A DNA stretch of 64,000 nucleotides, taken from contig OZ007034.1 in NCBI GenBank assembly GCA_963931635.1, positions 921,285 through 985,284 of the forward strand. Direction: 5' to 3'. Position 1 is the stretch's first letter; every line of letters begins with the position of its first letter. The notes under the pieces were generated by a model. That model made no database searches. It was not told where the DNA came from and saw nothing but the letters and a program-made list of their open reading frames with translations. A program made the position numbers and the translations under genes. Positions 50,279-58,732 of this stretch are shown here, one piece after another. Source of the stretch: an uncultured Bacteroides sp. GTDB lineage: Bacteria > Bacteroidota > Bacteroidia > Bacteroidales > UBA11471.

Positions 50279-50938
50279 TTATTCTTTTAGCAAGTTGTAT
50301 AGTTGGGTTAAGTAAAAGTAATCGATACCAAAAGAAAGTATAGCAACAAACAAGTTATAGAAAGAGAAACCGTCTTCTAATCCTATGCCAAAGAAAAGTA
50401 TTGGTATTTGTAACAGTATGGCTATACCTAATAGACCGGTAATTTCGGCGTTGTTCTTTATTAGTTTGATACCGAGTATGGTATAAATAACAAGGTCTGA
50501 AATGATTACTGCAAAAGAAAATATCATGGCAGTTTTGTCGAATGAACCTTCTATTTCCATAAAGATTAGAGATAGGAATAGAATATTTAATGAGATAGCT
50601 GCTTCCAATAGTTTGGTCAATGGTTTTTGTAGAGGTTTCATTCCCAGTGTCAGAGCACATAAGAATAATATATTTATTACATAATAAATACAATCGTATG
50701 TTGTTTCGGGAAGAAGATTTATTGTATCGTATAATATTTTATATTTCCCAAAATGAGGTTTATATCCAATTGTAAAAAAAGCTTGGCAAGCCGCTACGAT
50801 TAATCCCGCATAATATAAGAAAGGGATAAACGGGGATAAGGCATTAGGTAACGTCTTAAAGGTTTTCCCGCAATAACGACATTGTGTGCTGGGTTTTGGT
50901 ATGTCTTCATTACAAAAAGGACATTTTTTATATTCCAT
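50279..50938 (-). CDS. zinc-ribbon-headed polytopic membrane protein (island)
   Basis: N-terminal CPFC-x10-CRYC, then about 6 hydrophobic helices. 4-nt gap to the downstream UDG-like gene. Confidence 0.65.
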   Translation of the reverse strand: MEYKKCPFCNEDIPKPSTQCRYCGKTFKTLPNALSPFIPFLYYAGLIVAACQAFFTIGYKPHFGKYKILYDTINLLPETTYDCIYYVINILFLCALTLGMKPLQKPLTKLLEAAISLNILFLSLIFMEIEGSFDKTAMIFSFAVIISDLVIYTILGIKLIKNNAEITGLLGIAILLQIPILFFGIGLEDGFSFYNLFVAILSFGIDYFYLTQLYNLLKE

Positions 50939-50964
50939 GGCATTAGATTTTATGTGAGAATTAA

Positions 50965-51588
50965 TTAATTATTTACTCGTTTGAAAGAAAAGAAGCCGTC
51001 GCTGGCAATAAAAGAGAGTGTATCCCCTTCGATGGTTAAATTTTTGTATGACCCTTCATTTATGTTATCTTGTTCGTACTGTTCGTAAAATTCTTTAAAA
51101 GCATTTTTTTGTAATTCTTTTGTTATTTCCCCTTCGAAGGGAGTTGTAAATATTTCTATCAAAGCATTGCCAAAATCCATGATTTCATCTGTGAGAAACG
51201 GACTCTCGGCCACGCTCATATCTACATCATCTATTGTAACCTTTAAAGTATTTAGGTCGTATAGTAATACCAAGTCTCCAAACAAAACTTCGTACCTCCC
51301 CCCGATGAGGCTATTCACAGTATAGTTTATCAGTATGTTATCTTCTTCGATAGTTTCTTCCATAGAGTAGCTTCTATATTCGCTGAATATTCCTCCATCG
51401 GTTTTATTACTTTCTTTATATTTAAAGCGGTAAAATAATGTTTGTGTGTAAGGGGTTCCATCTTCTGTAACGAAATCTAAATACCCAATCCATTTTCCTT
51501 CGAGGTCCCGAGCCAATTTGTTGTCTTGACAACCGGTTAAAAATACAGCTCCTAAAATAAGTGCAACAGAGATTCCTTTTAGTTTCAT
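50965..51588 (-). CDS. lipoprotein, unknown function (first gene of the island operon)
   Basis: Signal/lipobox MKLKGISVALILGAVFLTGC|QDNK. Beta-rich, lipocalin-like feel. No recognisable domain. Confidence 0.65.
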   Translation of the reverse strand: MKLKGISVALILGAVFLTGCQDNKLARDLEGKWIGYLDFVTEDGTPYTQTLFYRFKYKESNKTDGGIFSEYRSYSMEETIEEDNILINYTVNSLIGGRYEVLFGDLVLLYDLNTLKVTIDDVDMSVAESPFLTDEIMDFGNALIEIFTTPFEGEITKELQKNAFKEFYEQYEQDNINEGSYKNLTIEGDTLSFIASDGFFSFKRVNN

Positions 51589-52066
51589 AATTTCCTTTTT
51601 TGAGTTGATAGTGTTTTTGATTTTATTTGCTGCTGTTATAAAAGAAAAGGGACGCAGCCATCGCTTTTTCTCTTACTCGGTAAGGCTCTGGTAAGCCAGA
51701 AGTTCTAAGACGAAAAAAGCAGTCTGCGCCCCATGGGGGGTACAAACTTGACTTTGACGCTTATTGTAGAACTTCTTAAATTTACCAGATTTAACCGAGT
51801 TCAATAATTGTCAGGCAAGTTGTGCAATATGTTACAAAGATTATAAGATGTCTATTTTTACCTCCTTTTTTAGTTTTCGGAGGTAAAGAAAATAAATTTT
51901 TCTTTAAAACACAAACTCAACGTAAAATATCGCCGACTGCTTTGTACAGGCAAAGGTCTTTGCGTGATGTGCCAAATCGTTGCATAGCTTGAAAAAAGTT
52001 GTGCATAAATAGAGCGGGAGATGGGTAAAATGGGGGTGCACGGGAATATACTTTGATGGAAATTTG

Positions 52067-52074
52067 TATATTTG
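52067..52074 (+). promoter_or_regulatory. -7 box TATATTTG upstream of nadB
   Basis: TAnnTTTG match 43 nt before ATG 52117. Confidence 0.5.
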
Positions 52075-52116
52075 CCGCAAGAACACCGGAACAAATGCCG
52101 GTGAAAGAAAGAGTGT

Positions 52117-53703
52117 ATGGTATATAAATACGATTTTTTGGTGATAGGTTCGGGCATTGCCGGAATGAGTTTCGCCCTGAAAGTGGCCCACAAGGGAAAA
52201 GTGGCTCTCATCTGCAAAGCCGGTCTCGAAGAGGCCAATACCTATTTTGCGCAAGGCGGCATCGCTTCGGTGACCAATCTTGCGGTAGACAACTTCGAGA
52301 AGCATATTGAAGACACGATGATTGCCGGCGACTGGATAAGCGACCGGCAGGCTGTGGAGAAGGTGGTGCGCGAAGCCCCCGGACAGATAAAGCAGCTCAT
52401 CGAGTGGGGCGTGCAGTTCGACAAGAAGGAGAACGGCGAGTTTGACCTTCATCGGGAGGGCGGCCACTCCGAGTTCCGTATCCTGCATCACAAAGACAAC
52501 ACCGGTGCCGAGATACAGACCAGCCTCATCAATGCGGTGAAGCAGCACCCCAACATCACGATATTCAAAAACCATTTCGCCGTCGAAATCATTACCCAGC
52601 ACCACTTGGGCATCATCGTTACGCGATACACCCCCGGCATCAAGTGTTACGGTGCCTATGTGCTCGATGAGGAGACGGGCGAGGTAGATACCTTCCTTTC
52701 CAAGGTTACTGTCATGGCCACAGGGGGTTGCGAGGCGGTATATCGCAACACGACCAATCCGCTGGTGGCTACGGGCGACGGCATTGCCATGGTATACCGT
52801 GCCAAGGGTGCGGTGAAAGACATGGAGTTTATCCAGTTTCACCCCACGGCGCTCTATCACCCCGGCGACCGACCCAGTTTCCTCATTACCGAGGCCATGC
52901 GCGGATACGGTGCCGTGCTGCGCAACCAGGCCGGTGAGGAGTTCATGCAGAAGTACGACCCGCGTCTCTCGCTGGCACCGCGCGACATTGTGGCCCGTGC
53001 CATCGACAAGGAGATGAAGCAGCGCGGCGAAGACCACGTCTTCCTCGATGTTACCCACAAAGACCCCGAAGAGACCAAGCGCCACTTCCCCAACATCTAC
53101 AAGCATTGCCTCTCGATAGGTATCGATATTACCAAAGATTACATACCTGTGGCACCGGCCGCCCACTACTTGTGTGGAGGTATCAAGGTCGACCTCGACG
53201 GACAGTCGAGCATACGCCGGCTCTATGCCCTGGGCGAGTGTTCCTGCACCGGTCTGCACGGAGGTAACCGTCTGGCCTCGAATTCGCTCATTGAGGCCGT
53301 TGTTTATGCCGATGCCGCTGCCCGCCATGCCCTGAGCGTGTTTGAACGGTACGATTTCAACACCGATATTCCCGAGTGGAACGCCGAAGGTACCATCACC
53401 AACGAAGAGCGTATTCTCATTACCCAGAGCATGAAGGAGGTGAATCAGATCATGGAGTCGTATGTGGGCATCGTGCGCAGCAACGTACGCCTCACCCGGG
53501 CCTGGAACCGCCTCGACATTCTCTACGAGGAGACCGAGAGCCTCTTCAAGCGCAGTAAGGCCTCGCGCGAGATATGCGAGTTGCGCAACATGATAAACGT
53601 GGGTTATCTCATCACCCGTCAGGCCATGGAGCGCAAGGAGAGCCGCGGGCTGCACTACACCATCGATTATCCCCACGCCGCAACTACCGGTGAGAAGAAA
53701 TAA
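52117..53703 (+). CDS. nadB: L-aspartate oxidase
   Basis: FAD motif [16 protein letters not shown]. ...YFAQGGIA...; ...HPTAL...; ...RGYGAVL...; ...HYLCGGI...; ...[23 protein letters not shown]-type block (here [12 protein letters not shown]). Confidence 0.93.
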   Translation: [528 protein letters not shown]

Positions 53704-53728
53704 CGGCATTGTTGCCGTATGAGAAAGC

Positions 53729-53770
53729 AAGCGCCTGTTCTCCATCTCGGAGAACAGGCGCTTGTCGTTT
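53729..53770. terminator. hairpin terminator between convergent nadB and the lipoprotein gene
   Basis: aagcgcctgttctcc (53729-43) pairs with ggagaacaggcgctt (53749-63), followed by gtcgttt. Confidence 0.75.
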
Positions 53771-53822
53771 ATCGTCTCTGTTCCGTTGCGTGTGCCGTCT
53801 GTGGTCCGGCAACGGCACGCGG

Positions 53823-54368
53823 TTATTGCTGGTAGGGAACAGCGAGTGTTACCACCTTTCCGTTGTATTTCTCTACCGAAGAGGTGAGGTAGCGGTAGGC
53901 ATCGTCCAGATTGAGACCTTTTATGGAAGAGGTGGTCTTGTTGGAATGGGTATCGTTGTTGGAACTCGTGTAAGAGATATTCACGTTGTTGAGTCCGGTG
54001 ATGTTGAACGTTGTTTTGTCGGTAACAATGGCCTCTTTCTCTTTCAGGGTGGCATTGACCGATATTTGGGCTTCTAAGGGAGCCTTTACATCGTTCAGGG
54101 TTACGCTCCACGGGTAAGAGTCGACCACCACATTCTCGGTCATGGTGCCGTCGGCATTTTTATAGGAGACCGTCAGGTCATAGAACAGGAGGTTGTCAAA
54201 CCCCGTGATGTTGGCGTCGAGCAAACCCAGACTCCCTACCTCGTAGGTTATAGTATAAGTTGTTTCGCCGGTTGTCGAGGTGAGGATATCGGTATTATCA
54301 CTTTTGTTTTCGTCACACGACACAAGTCCCGCCAAAAGGGGAATCATCAGAAGAAAAAGATGTTTCAT
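53823..54368 (-). CDS. small lipoprotein, unknown function
   Basis: Signal/lipobox MKHLFLLMIPLLAGLVSC|DENK. T/N/S-rich beta-sandwich-like sequence. Confidence 0.65.
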   Translation of the reverse strand: MKHLFLLMIPLLAGLVSCDENKSDNTDILTSTTGETTYTITYEVGSLGLLDANITGFDNLLFYDLTVSYKNADGTMTENVVVDSYPWSVTLNDVKAPLEAQISVNATLKEKEAIVTDKTTFNITGLNNVNISYTSSNNDTHSNKTTSSIKGLNLDDAYRYLTSSVEKYNGKVVTLAVPYQQ

Positions 54369-54468
54369 AGCAGTTTGTTTTTAAAAAGAAAATTTCGTGC
54401 AAATTTAAAAATTCCCCGTGAATAAACAGAGAGAAGAGTGGGGAAGAAAAATATGAAAAATTTTGTAT

Positions 54469-54476
54469 TATCTTTG
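54469..54476 (+). promoter_or_regulatory. -7 box TATCTTTG upstream of the GH43 gene
   Basis: TAnnTTTG match 114 nt before ATG 54590. Confidence 0.4.
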
Positions 54477-54589
54477 TCGTAGACCGGTAGTGCCGTGGCA
54501 GGGTCTGCAATCGAAAACCGTGTTTTGTAGCACCCGTCCTGCCCGGTATCTGTTGCCGGTGATTGAAAATAGAAAAAGAGAAAGATTCC

Positions 54590-56152
54590 ATGAAAAAACA
54601 GATTCTTGCCGCCTGGCTTTTGGCTGTCGCCGTTGTGGGGGCACCGGCCCAGTCGACCACCGCTTGGGGCGACCAGGGTAACGGCACCTATGTGAACCCG
54701 ATACTCAATGCCGACTATTCCGACCCCGATGTGATACGCGTGGGGGAGAAATACTATATGGTATGTTCCGACTTCCACTACATCGGTATGCCCGTTTTGG
54801 AATCGGACGACATGGTCAACTGGACCATCATCTCCCAGGTCTACGACCGGTTTGACTATCCCAAGTGGGACGACAACCGCCGCTTTGCCGGCGGTTCCTG
54901 GGCCCCCACCATACGTTACCACGATGGTAAGTTCTGGGTCTTCTTCTGCACCCCGCACGAGGGGCTCTTCATGACAACCGCCACCGACCCCCGCGGGCCG
55001 TGGGCGCCGCTGCACCGTGTCGTGGCCGTCGAGAAGTGGGAAGACCCGTGCCCCTTCTGGGACGAAGACGGACAGGCCTACCTCGGCCGCAGCCGCCACG
55101 GGGCAGGCCCCATCATCATACACAAGATGAGCCCCGACGGGCGTGAGCTGCTCGACGACGGCTTTACCGTCTATACCGGTCCCGTGGCCGAGGGTACGAA
55201 GATATACAAGCGCGACGGCTATTACTACATCAGCATACCCGAGGGTGGGGTAGAGGTAGGCTGGCAGACGGTGCTTCGCTCGCGCAACATCTATGGCCCT
55301 TATGAGAAAAAAGTGGTGATGGAGCAGGGAAGCACCCCCATCAACGGTCCGCACCAGGGGGCGTTGGTCGACACGCCCGACGGGGAGTGGTGGTTCTACC
55401 ATTTCCAGTTTGTGCAGCCCATCGGCCGTGTGGTACATTTGCAGCCGACGCACTGGAAAGACGGTTGGCCCGTTATCGGGGTCGACATCGACATGAACGG
55501 CATCGGCGAGCCGGTGCGGGTGTGGACCAAGCCGCGCGTTGCCACGGCCGGCGGCGACATTGCGTTGCCCCAGTCGAGCGACGATTTCGCCGCACCCCGT
55601 CTCGGCGTGCAGTGGCAATACAACCACAACCCGCACCCCGAGTGTGTGTCGCTTACCGCCCGCAAGGGGTGGCTGCGCCTCACCGCTTTGCAGGGCGACA
55701 GCCTGAAAGCCTCGCACAATATGCTCTCGCAGAAGACCATGGGCTACCACTCCGAGGCGACAACCCGCCTCGACTTTTCGCGTATGGTCGATGGGCAGCG
55801 GGCCGGACTGCTCTGTGCCGGCAACTTTTTCAACGGTATCGGCGTGATGTGTAAACAGGGCAAGAAAATTCTCTACCTGGAAAAAGACGGACGTGTAGAG
55901 GAGATTACCGCCGTAGGCGGAAAAACAGTCTACCTGCGTGCCGTTGTCGACTATCCGGCCAACAGCCACCGGCTCTATTACAGCACCGACGGCAAACGCT
56001 ATGTTGAGGCCGGAGAACCTTACGCCCTTAAATTCGGCAGCTGGAAAGGAACCCGTGTGGGGCTCTATACCTACAATGTAGGGGGCGACGGCGGCGTGGC
56101 CGACTTCGACTTCTTTACCTACACCACCGATGGTCCCGGACTGGCCCGTTAA
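54590..56152 (+). CDS. glycoside hydrolase family 43 protein (beta-xylosidase/alpha-L-arabinofuranosidase type) with C-terminal beta-sandwich
   Basis: Signal peptide MKKQILAAWLLAVAVVGAPAQS. NPILNADYSDPDVIRVGEKYYMV (catalytic Asp block). ...WAPTIRYHDGKFWV.... ...EGTKIYKRDGYYYI... (Glu block). Confidence 0.88.
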   Translation: MKKQILAAWLLAVAVVGAPAQSTTAWGDQGNGTYVNPILNADYSDPDVIRVGEKYYMVCSDFHYIGMPVLESDDMVNWTIISQVYDRFDYPKWDDNRRFAGGSWAPTIRYHDGKFWVFFCTPHEGLFMTTATDPRGPWAPLHRVVAVEKWEDPCPFWDEDGQAYLGRSRHGAGPIIIHKMSPDGRELLDDGFTVYTGPVAEGTKIYKRDGYYYISIPEGGVEVGWQTVLRSRNIYGPYEKKVVMEQGSTPINGPHQGALVDTPDGEWWFYHFQFVQPIGRVVHLQPTHWKDGWPVIGVDIDMNGIGEPVRVWTKPRVATAGGDIALPQSSDDFAAPRLGVQWQYNHNPHPECVSLTARKGWLRLTALQGDSLKASHNMLSQKTMGYHSEATTRLDFSRMVDGQRAGLLCAGNFFNGIGVMCKQGKKILYLEKDGRVEEITAVGGKTVYLRAVVDYPANSHRLYYSTDGKRYVEAGEPYALKFGSWKGTRVGLYTYNVGGDGGVADFDFFTYTTDGPGLAR

Positions 56153-56231
56153 ACATGGCTTCCCGCCGGTTTTTTGAATAGAACGACCGCCGACTCCCTG
56201 ACCTGGAGCCGGCGGTCTTGTCCATATGGGG

Positions 56232-56807
56232 TTAATAGTTCAACCGTTTGGGTTCGAAATAGGCCTTCGGGTGGAGGCAGGCGGGGCATTTCTCGGGAGG
56301 ATTGAGCCCTTCATGCACATAGCCGCAGTGGCGGCATTGCCATTTGATGGGCTCTTCGCGGCGGAATACCTCGTGCTCTTCCATGCGGGCCAGCAGCTGG
56401 CGGTAGCGCCACTCGTGAAACTCCTCGACCCGGGCTATGGCACGGAATGCGGCGGCTACATCTTTGAACCCTTCGTCGACGGCGATGGTAGAGAAGTTGC
56501 TGTACAGGTCCGACCATTCGAGCAGTTCTCCTTCGGCGGCTTCGTAGAGGTTCTCCTTGGTTTTCCCGATGCGGCCGGCCGGATATTCGGCTTCGATGGT
56601 TACCATGCCTCCCTCGTCGAGAAAGTCGAAAAAGCGGCGGGCGTGTGCCAGCTCCTGGTCGGCGGTTTCGGCAAACACGCCGGCAATCTGTTCGTAGCCT
56701 TCTTCGCGGGCCGTCTGGGCGAAAAACGTGTAGCGGTTGCGGGCTTGCGATTCACCGGCGAAGGCTTTCAGCAGGTTTTGTTCGGTGAGACTTCCTTTCA
56801 GTTTCAT
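56232..56807 (-). CDS. rbr: rubrerythrin
   Basis: MKLKGSLTEQNLLKAFAGESQARNRY... (di-iron four-helix E..H motifs). C-terminal rubredoxin CRHCG...CPAC. The ORF-caller's 56951 start reads into repeat DNA. Confidence 0.9.
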   Translation of the reverse strand: MKLKGSLTEQNLLKAFAGESQARNRYTFFAQTAREEGYEQIAGVFAETADQELAHARRFFDFLDEGGMVTIEAEYPAGRIGKTKENLYEAAEGELLEWSDLYSNFSTIAVDEGFKDVAAAFRAIARVEEFHEWRYRQLLARMEEHEVFRREEPIKWQCRHCGYVHEGLNPPEKCPACLHPKAYFEPKRLNY

Positions 56808-56899
56808 GTTGCGTTGGATTTTTAGTGAGACAAAAAAGTGTATGGTAGGAACGCCGCAGGAGGGGAGAAGGTTCAATGTCGCTGTGTCGGCCTTTTCAT

Positions 56900-57335
56900 T
56901 CTCGCCTTTCACTGTTTTCATAGAAGACAGGAGTCGGCTCGGCATAGCCAATGGATGAAAACTTCGTTTTCTCTTTGCCTTTGCTCTCGCCTTTCACTGT
57001 CTTTTCAGAAGACAGGAGTCGGCTCGGCATAGTCAATGAACGAAAACTTCGTTTTCTCTTTGCCTCTGCTCTCACCTTTCGCTATCTTTTCAGAAGATAG
57101 GTTGCGGCTCGGCACAGTCAACGATGAAAACTTCGTTTTCTCACCCGCCTCTGCTCTCGCTTTTCACTGTCTTTTCAGAAGATAGGAGTCGGCTCGGCAC
57201 AGTCAACGAGTGAAAACTTCGTTTTCTCACCCGCCTCTGCTCTCGCTTTTCACTGTCTTTTCAGAAGACAGGATGCGGCTCGGTAAAAATCTCAAACGAG
57301 TTTGGTCTTTTTACTCTCGCCTTTCACTATCTTTG
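56900..57335 (+). repeat. tandem array (about 5.2 units) of the 85-bp hairpin repeat family
   Basis: Unit heads tctcgcctttcac fall at 56900, 56985, 57070, 57155, 57241 and 57315. Each unit carries ctgtctt-ttcag-aagacag and gaaaac-ttc-gttttc hairpins and the core cggctcggcatagtc. Confidence 0.9.
57328..57335 (+). promoter_or_regulatory. -7 box TATCTTTG in the last repeat unit, upstream of the MFS gene
   Basis: Only the gene-proximal unit has TATCTTTG. Internal units read TGTCTTTT or TATCTTTT. It lies 52 nt before ATG 57387. Confidence 0.55.
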
Positions 57336-57386
57336 CCGCCCGAAACTTTGTATCGCTGCCGGCGCGGAGACCGGTTACCCGAAGAT

Positions 57387-58571
57387 ATGAAAAAAGACAA
57401 GCTGTGGACCTCCTCGTTTCTGGCCATCTCAGGGGGCAGTTTTCTTCTCTTCTTTGCCTTTTACCTGCTCTTGCCCGTGCTGCCCCTCTATCTGATGGAG
57501 CGCTTCGAAGCCAATGAGTCGACCGTGGGCATGGTCTTGTCGCTCTACACCATAACGGCGCTTTTCATGCGTCCCTTTGCCGGTTTCATGGTCGATACTT
57601 TCCCCCGCAAACGGCTGATGCTCATCTGTTATGCCGTGTTTACCTGCATCTTCGGCGGCTATCTGTTGGCGGCATCGGTGCTGTTTTTTGCCGTGATAAG
57701 GGCGCTGCACGGCTTTTCCTACGGCATAGTGAGTGTGGCCAACAGCACGGTGGCCATCGACGTGATGCCCTCGTCGCGACGGGGCGAAGGCATCGGCTAT
57801 TTCGGCGTGAGCAGCAACCTGGCCATGGCCGTGGGGCCCACCGTCTCGCTCTATCTGCTCGAAGCCTCGCACAATTACGATACGATATTCTGGGTGTCGC
57901 TGCTCTCGTGCTGCGTGGGTTTCGTGCTGGTTACGACGGTGCGGGTGCCGGCCAAGGAGCGGTTGCCGCGACCGGCTACCGAACACATATCGTTCGACCG
58001 CTTCTTCCTTGTAAAGGGCACCTCGGGAGCCATTGCGGTGAGTATGCTGTCGTTTGGCTACGGCATGCTGTCGACCTACCTGGCTGTTTACGGCCGGGCC
58101 GAGGTGGGTATGGAGTCGGGCACGGGAGTCTTTTTCATGCTCATGGCCTTCGGTCTCATCTTCTCGCGTCTGATGTCGGGACGGCTGCTCAACAAGGGCT
58201 ATATCGTGCGCCTCATACAGGTGGGTATCATCATACTCTTTGTCGGATATTCGCTTTTCATCTTTCTGAAAGTGCCGGCGGCCTATTTTGCCTCGGCCGC
58301 TGTTCTGGGCATGGGATACGGTTTTGTGTGCCCGTCGTTCCAGACCTACTTCATCAACCTGGCCGAGCATAACCAGCGGGGTACGGCCAACTCTACCTAC
58401 CTCACCTCCTGGGATTTGGGTGTGGGTCTGGGTGTGCTGGTGGGGGGCGGTATTGCCGACATGTCCGACTATACCACGGCCTACATCTGTGCCCTGGTAA
58501 CGCTTGTCGTGGGCTATTTCTTTTTCCGACACATCTCGGCCCCCTATTTCGAACGGCACAAATTGCGTTGA
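57387..58571 (+). CDS. MFS transporter
   Basis: MKKDKLWTSSFLAISGGSFLLFF.... Twelve hydrophobic helices. The MFS loop motif ...FMRPFAGFMVDTFPRKRL... is present. The 57210 start lies in repeat DNA. Confidence 0.85.
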   Translation: MKKDKLWTSSFLAISGGSFLLFFAFYLLLPVLPLYLMERFEANESTVGMVLSLYTITALFMRPFAGFMVDTFPRKRLMLICYAVFTCIFGGYLLAASVLFFAVIRALHGFSYGIVSVANSTVAIDVMPSSRRGEGIGYFGVSSNLAMAVGPTVSLYLLEASHNYDTIFWVSLLSCCVGFVLVTTVRVPAKERLPRPATEHISFDRFFLVKGTSGAIAVSMLSFGYGMLSTYLAVYGRAEVGMESGTGVFFMLMAFGLIFSRLMSGRLLNKGYIVRLIQVGIIILFVGYSLFIFLKVPAAYFASAAVLGMGYGFVCPSFQTYFINLAEHNQRGTANSTYLTSWDLGVGLGVLVGGGIADMSDYTTAYICALVTLVVGYFFFRHISAPYFERHKLR

Positions 58572-58732
58572 GAAATGTATTTGTGTTAAAAAAACAAAAT
58601 ACTCGACGGAAATTTCATATATTATTTGTTCTTTTGCAGGAAATTACGGGTAGAATTGTCTTTCGCGGAAATCGCCGGGCGACTTCTCCCGTCGGAGACA
58701 AATGCTTTGCCTGACAAAGGCGACGAAAGAAC

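Noticed and set aside
47340-51900. The AT-rich island as a prophage, ICE or transposon.
   Set aside because: No integrase, recombinase, transposase, capsid, terminase or conjugation genes, and no terminal inverted or direct repeats that I could find at the borders. I retained it as an accessory cassette of unknown function instead.
56900-57335. The regularly spaced 85-bp repeats as a CRISPR array.
   Set aside because: Units abut directly with no unique spacers. The whole 85 bp is the repeat, there are no cas genes in the window, and copies are dispersed at promoter positions.
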